Assembly (NCBI GenBank): GCA_038087875.1
Contig: CM075996.1
Coordinates: 3,412,001 to 3,476,000, forward strand
From: Malacoraja senta
Taxonomy: Eukaryota
DNA: 64,000 nucleotides
Reading direction: 5' to 3'
Part shown: positions 62,671 through 64,000 of the stretch, piece after piece
Numbering within the stretch: position 1 is the first letter of the stretch
Layout of the letters: every line of letters begins with the position of its first letter
Notes under the pieces: generated by a model
What the model was told of the DNA's origin: nothing
What the model saw: the letters and a program-made list of their open reading frames with translations, nothing else
Database searches by the model: none
Program-made: the position numbers and the translations under genes

Positions 62671-64000
62671 ATATTCTTCTATAAATATTTTAACAAAGAT
62701 AATGCTTGATGTTTTAGAACAATATTGCCCTATGGATATTAATGAATAGTATTGCTGTGTATCCCATATAGCAATTATACCATTCAGTATGTTATGCAGC
62801 AATATAATATTGTGTCCTTTAGTAGTATTTACTCTGGTCTATATTCTAGAAAATGTAAAATTGCAATGTGTACAAAGTAAGACTGCTATGAAAAGACTGT
62901 TATTATACAATAGTATTTGTATATTTTGTGGTAATTACATGGCGTCTTGTATTATTTGTATTACTACTGCTATATGTAAAATAGTAAAAAAAATCTGTCA
63001 TTCAGTAATGATATTGCTGTGAAATAATGTATCGCATGGCTTGATTCATTATACAGTAACACCACTGCATGTATGTGATAGGGTAAAATGTTCTGTGTAT
63101 CATACGCTAATAGCATTGCTGCAACCCTGCAGGCTAATCAGCAATTAAAGTCAGGACAGAAGTGCTTCCAGCTTGCCTTTATTGCTCTGGGCTGACAGTG
63201 GGATAATATGCAAGCCAATCTGACAGACTCGCAGGAACCAGAAACTGCAGCCATTGAACAGATTATCTGACCTTTGCCACAAATTCCAGTCACATCTCCG
63301 AAATCCGCAGCACACAGTAATAACTCACTGGTTAAGATGGCAGCTGAGGTGTCGGCATTAAATAGTTGGTGATGGGAGTTCTTCGTGTATGCATCATGGC
63401 TTTCGGTGGTTCCGGAATTATTAGGAATAAAATGGAGATGAGACAGCAACTGTGGCTGCTCTTTTGTTCTCAGATCAGAGCGAGCTCTTTCTGGATCCTC
63501 TGCTGCCTTATCTCAGAGCTTTGCTGAGCTGTTAATTCCTGAGCCCTGCTCAATATCCCCACCACCTCAACAGAATCGTTCTTTGTTGCGGTACAAAGGT
63601 GCCCTTTGTATCAGAGAAAGCAGAAATATCTCTTTGGCAGAGTTACTCATATCCCAGATTAATGCAGCCTATGCCCCGTATAACACCCTCTGCAATTACA
63701 GTTATTGACTGTATACATAGCATTTTGTAAATAAAGTAGGGGTGTGAAAGAAAGGGTGGAGTGTTGTTAGTGATTTGTCAGGGATATTGGAACTAACTAC
63801 ACTGGTTAAACCTGTTTATAAAAGTGTATAAACACAATTCAGTCCTGCAGATAAAACTCTACAGATGCCAACACAAGCAAAACCACAAAAAAAACAGTCA
63901 CTGTGACAATTCTTCTCATTGTTCATTTGTGTATTTGTTCTTTTTTAAAGACTATACGTATACACAGGCGTCTGGTTATCTCTATGTCTTTGGCTGTTGG

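Noticed and set aside
1..64000. CRISPR arrays, rRNA, true tRNA genes, common conserved miRNAs, prokaryotic operons
   Set aside because: None seen by eye; tRNA-like heads belong to SINEs and repeats lack a repeat-spacer structure. A covariance-model search could still find RNAs I missed.

Overview
Vertebrate genomic DNA, very probably a cartilaginous fish (skate/ray-like, inferred from the HE1-type V-SINEs, Deu-domain SINE remnants and abundant Penelope-derived repeats). I cannot recognise any complete host protein-coding gene. Roughly half of the window is transposable-element debris: Rex1/Babar-, L2-, CR1-, RTE- and RTE-X-like LINEs, Tc1, hAT MITEs, Penelope fragments and one very young Gypsy element. 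The unique sequence looks like the 5' part of an unidentified minus-strand gene or lncRNA. It has a CpG-island promoter at ~56.4-57.0 kb, a second TATA/CRE/YY1 promoter cluster at ~43.8-44.8 kb inside a ~7 kb zone with no TE I can recognise, candidate internal exons at ~21 kb and a candidate 15-nt micro-exon at 13.87 kb. Most notable observations: (1) a 1.65-kb LTR element with near-identical LTRs that keeps only the integrase; (2) several minimal hammerhead-ribozyme cores in Penelope-derived repeats, all in the sense of the putative host transcript; (3) an unclassified repeat whose two copies were hit by unrelated TEs within a few bases of the same site; (4) three candidate first exons that share phase 2 and join one open frame. 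All calls are by eye, without database searches, and boundaries of old repeats are approximate.
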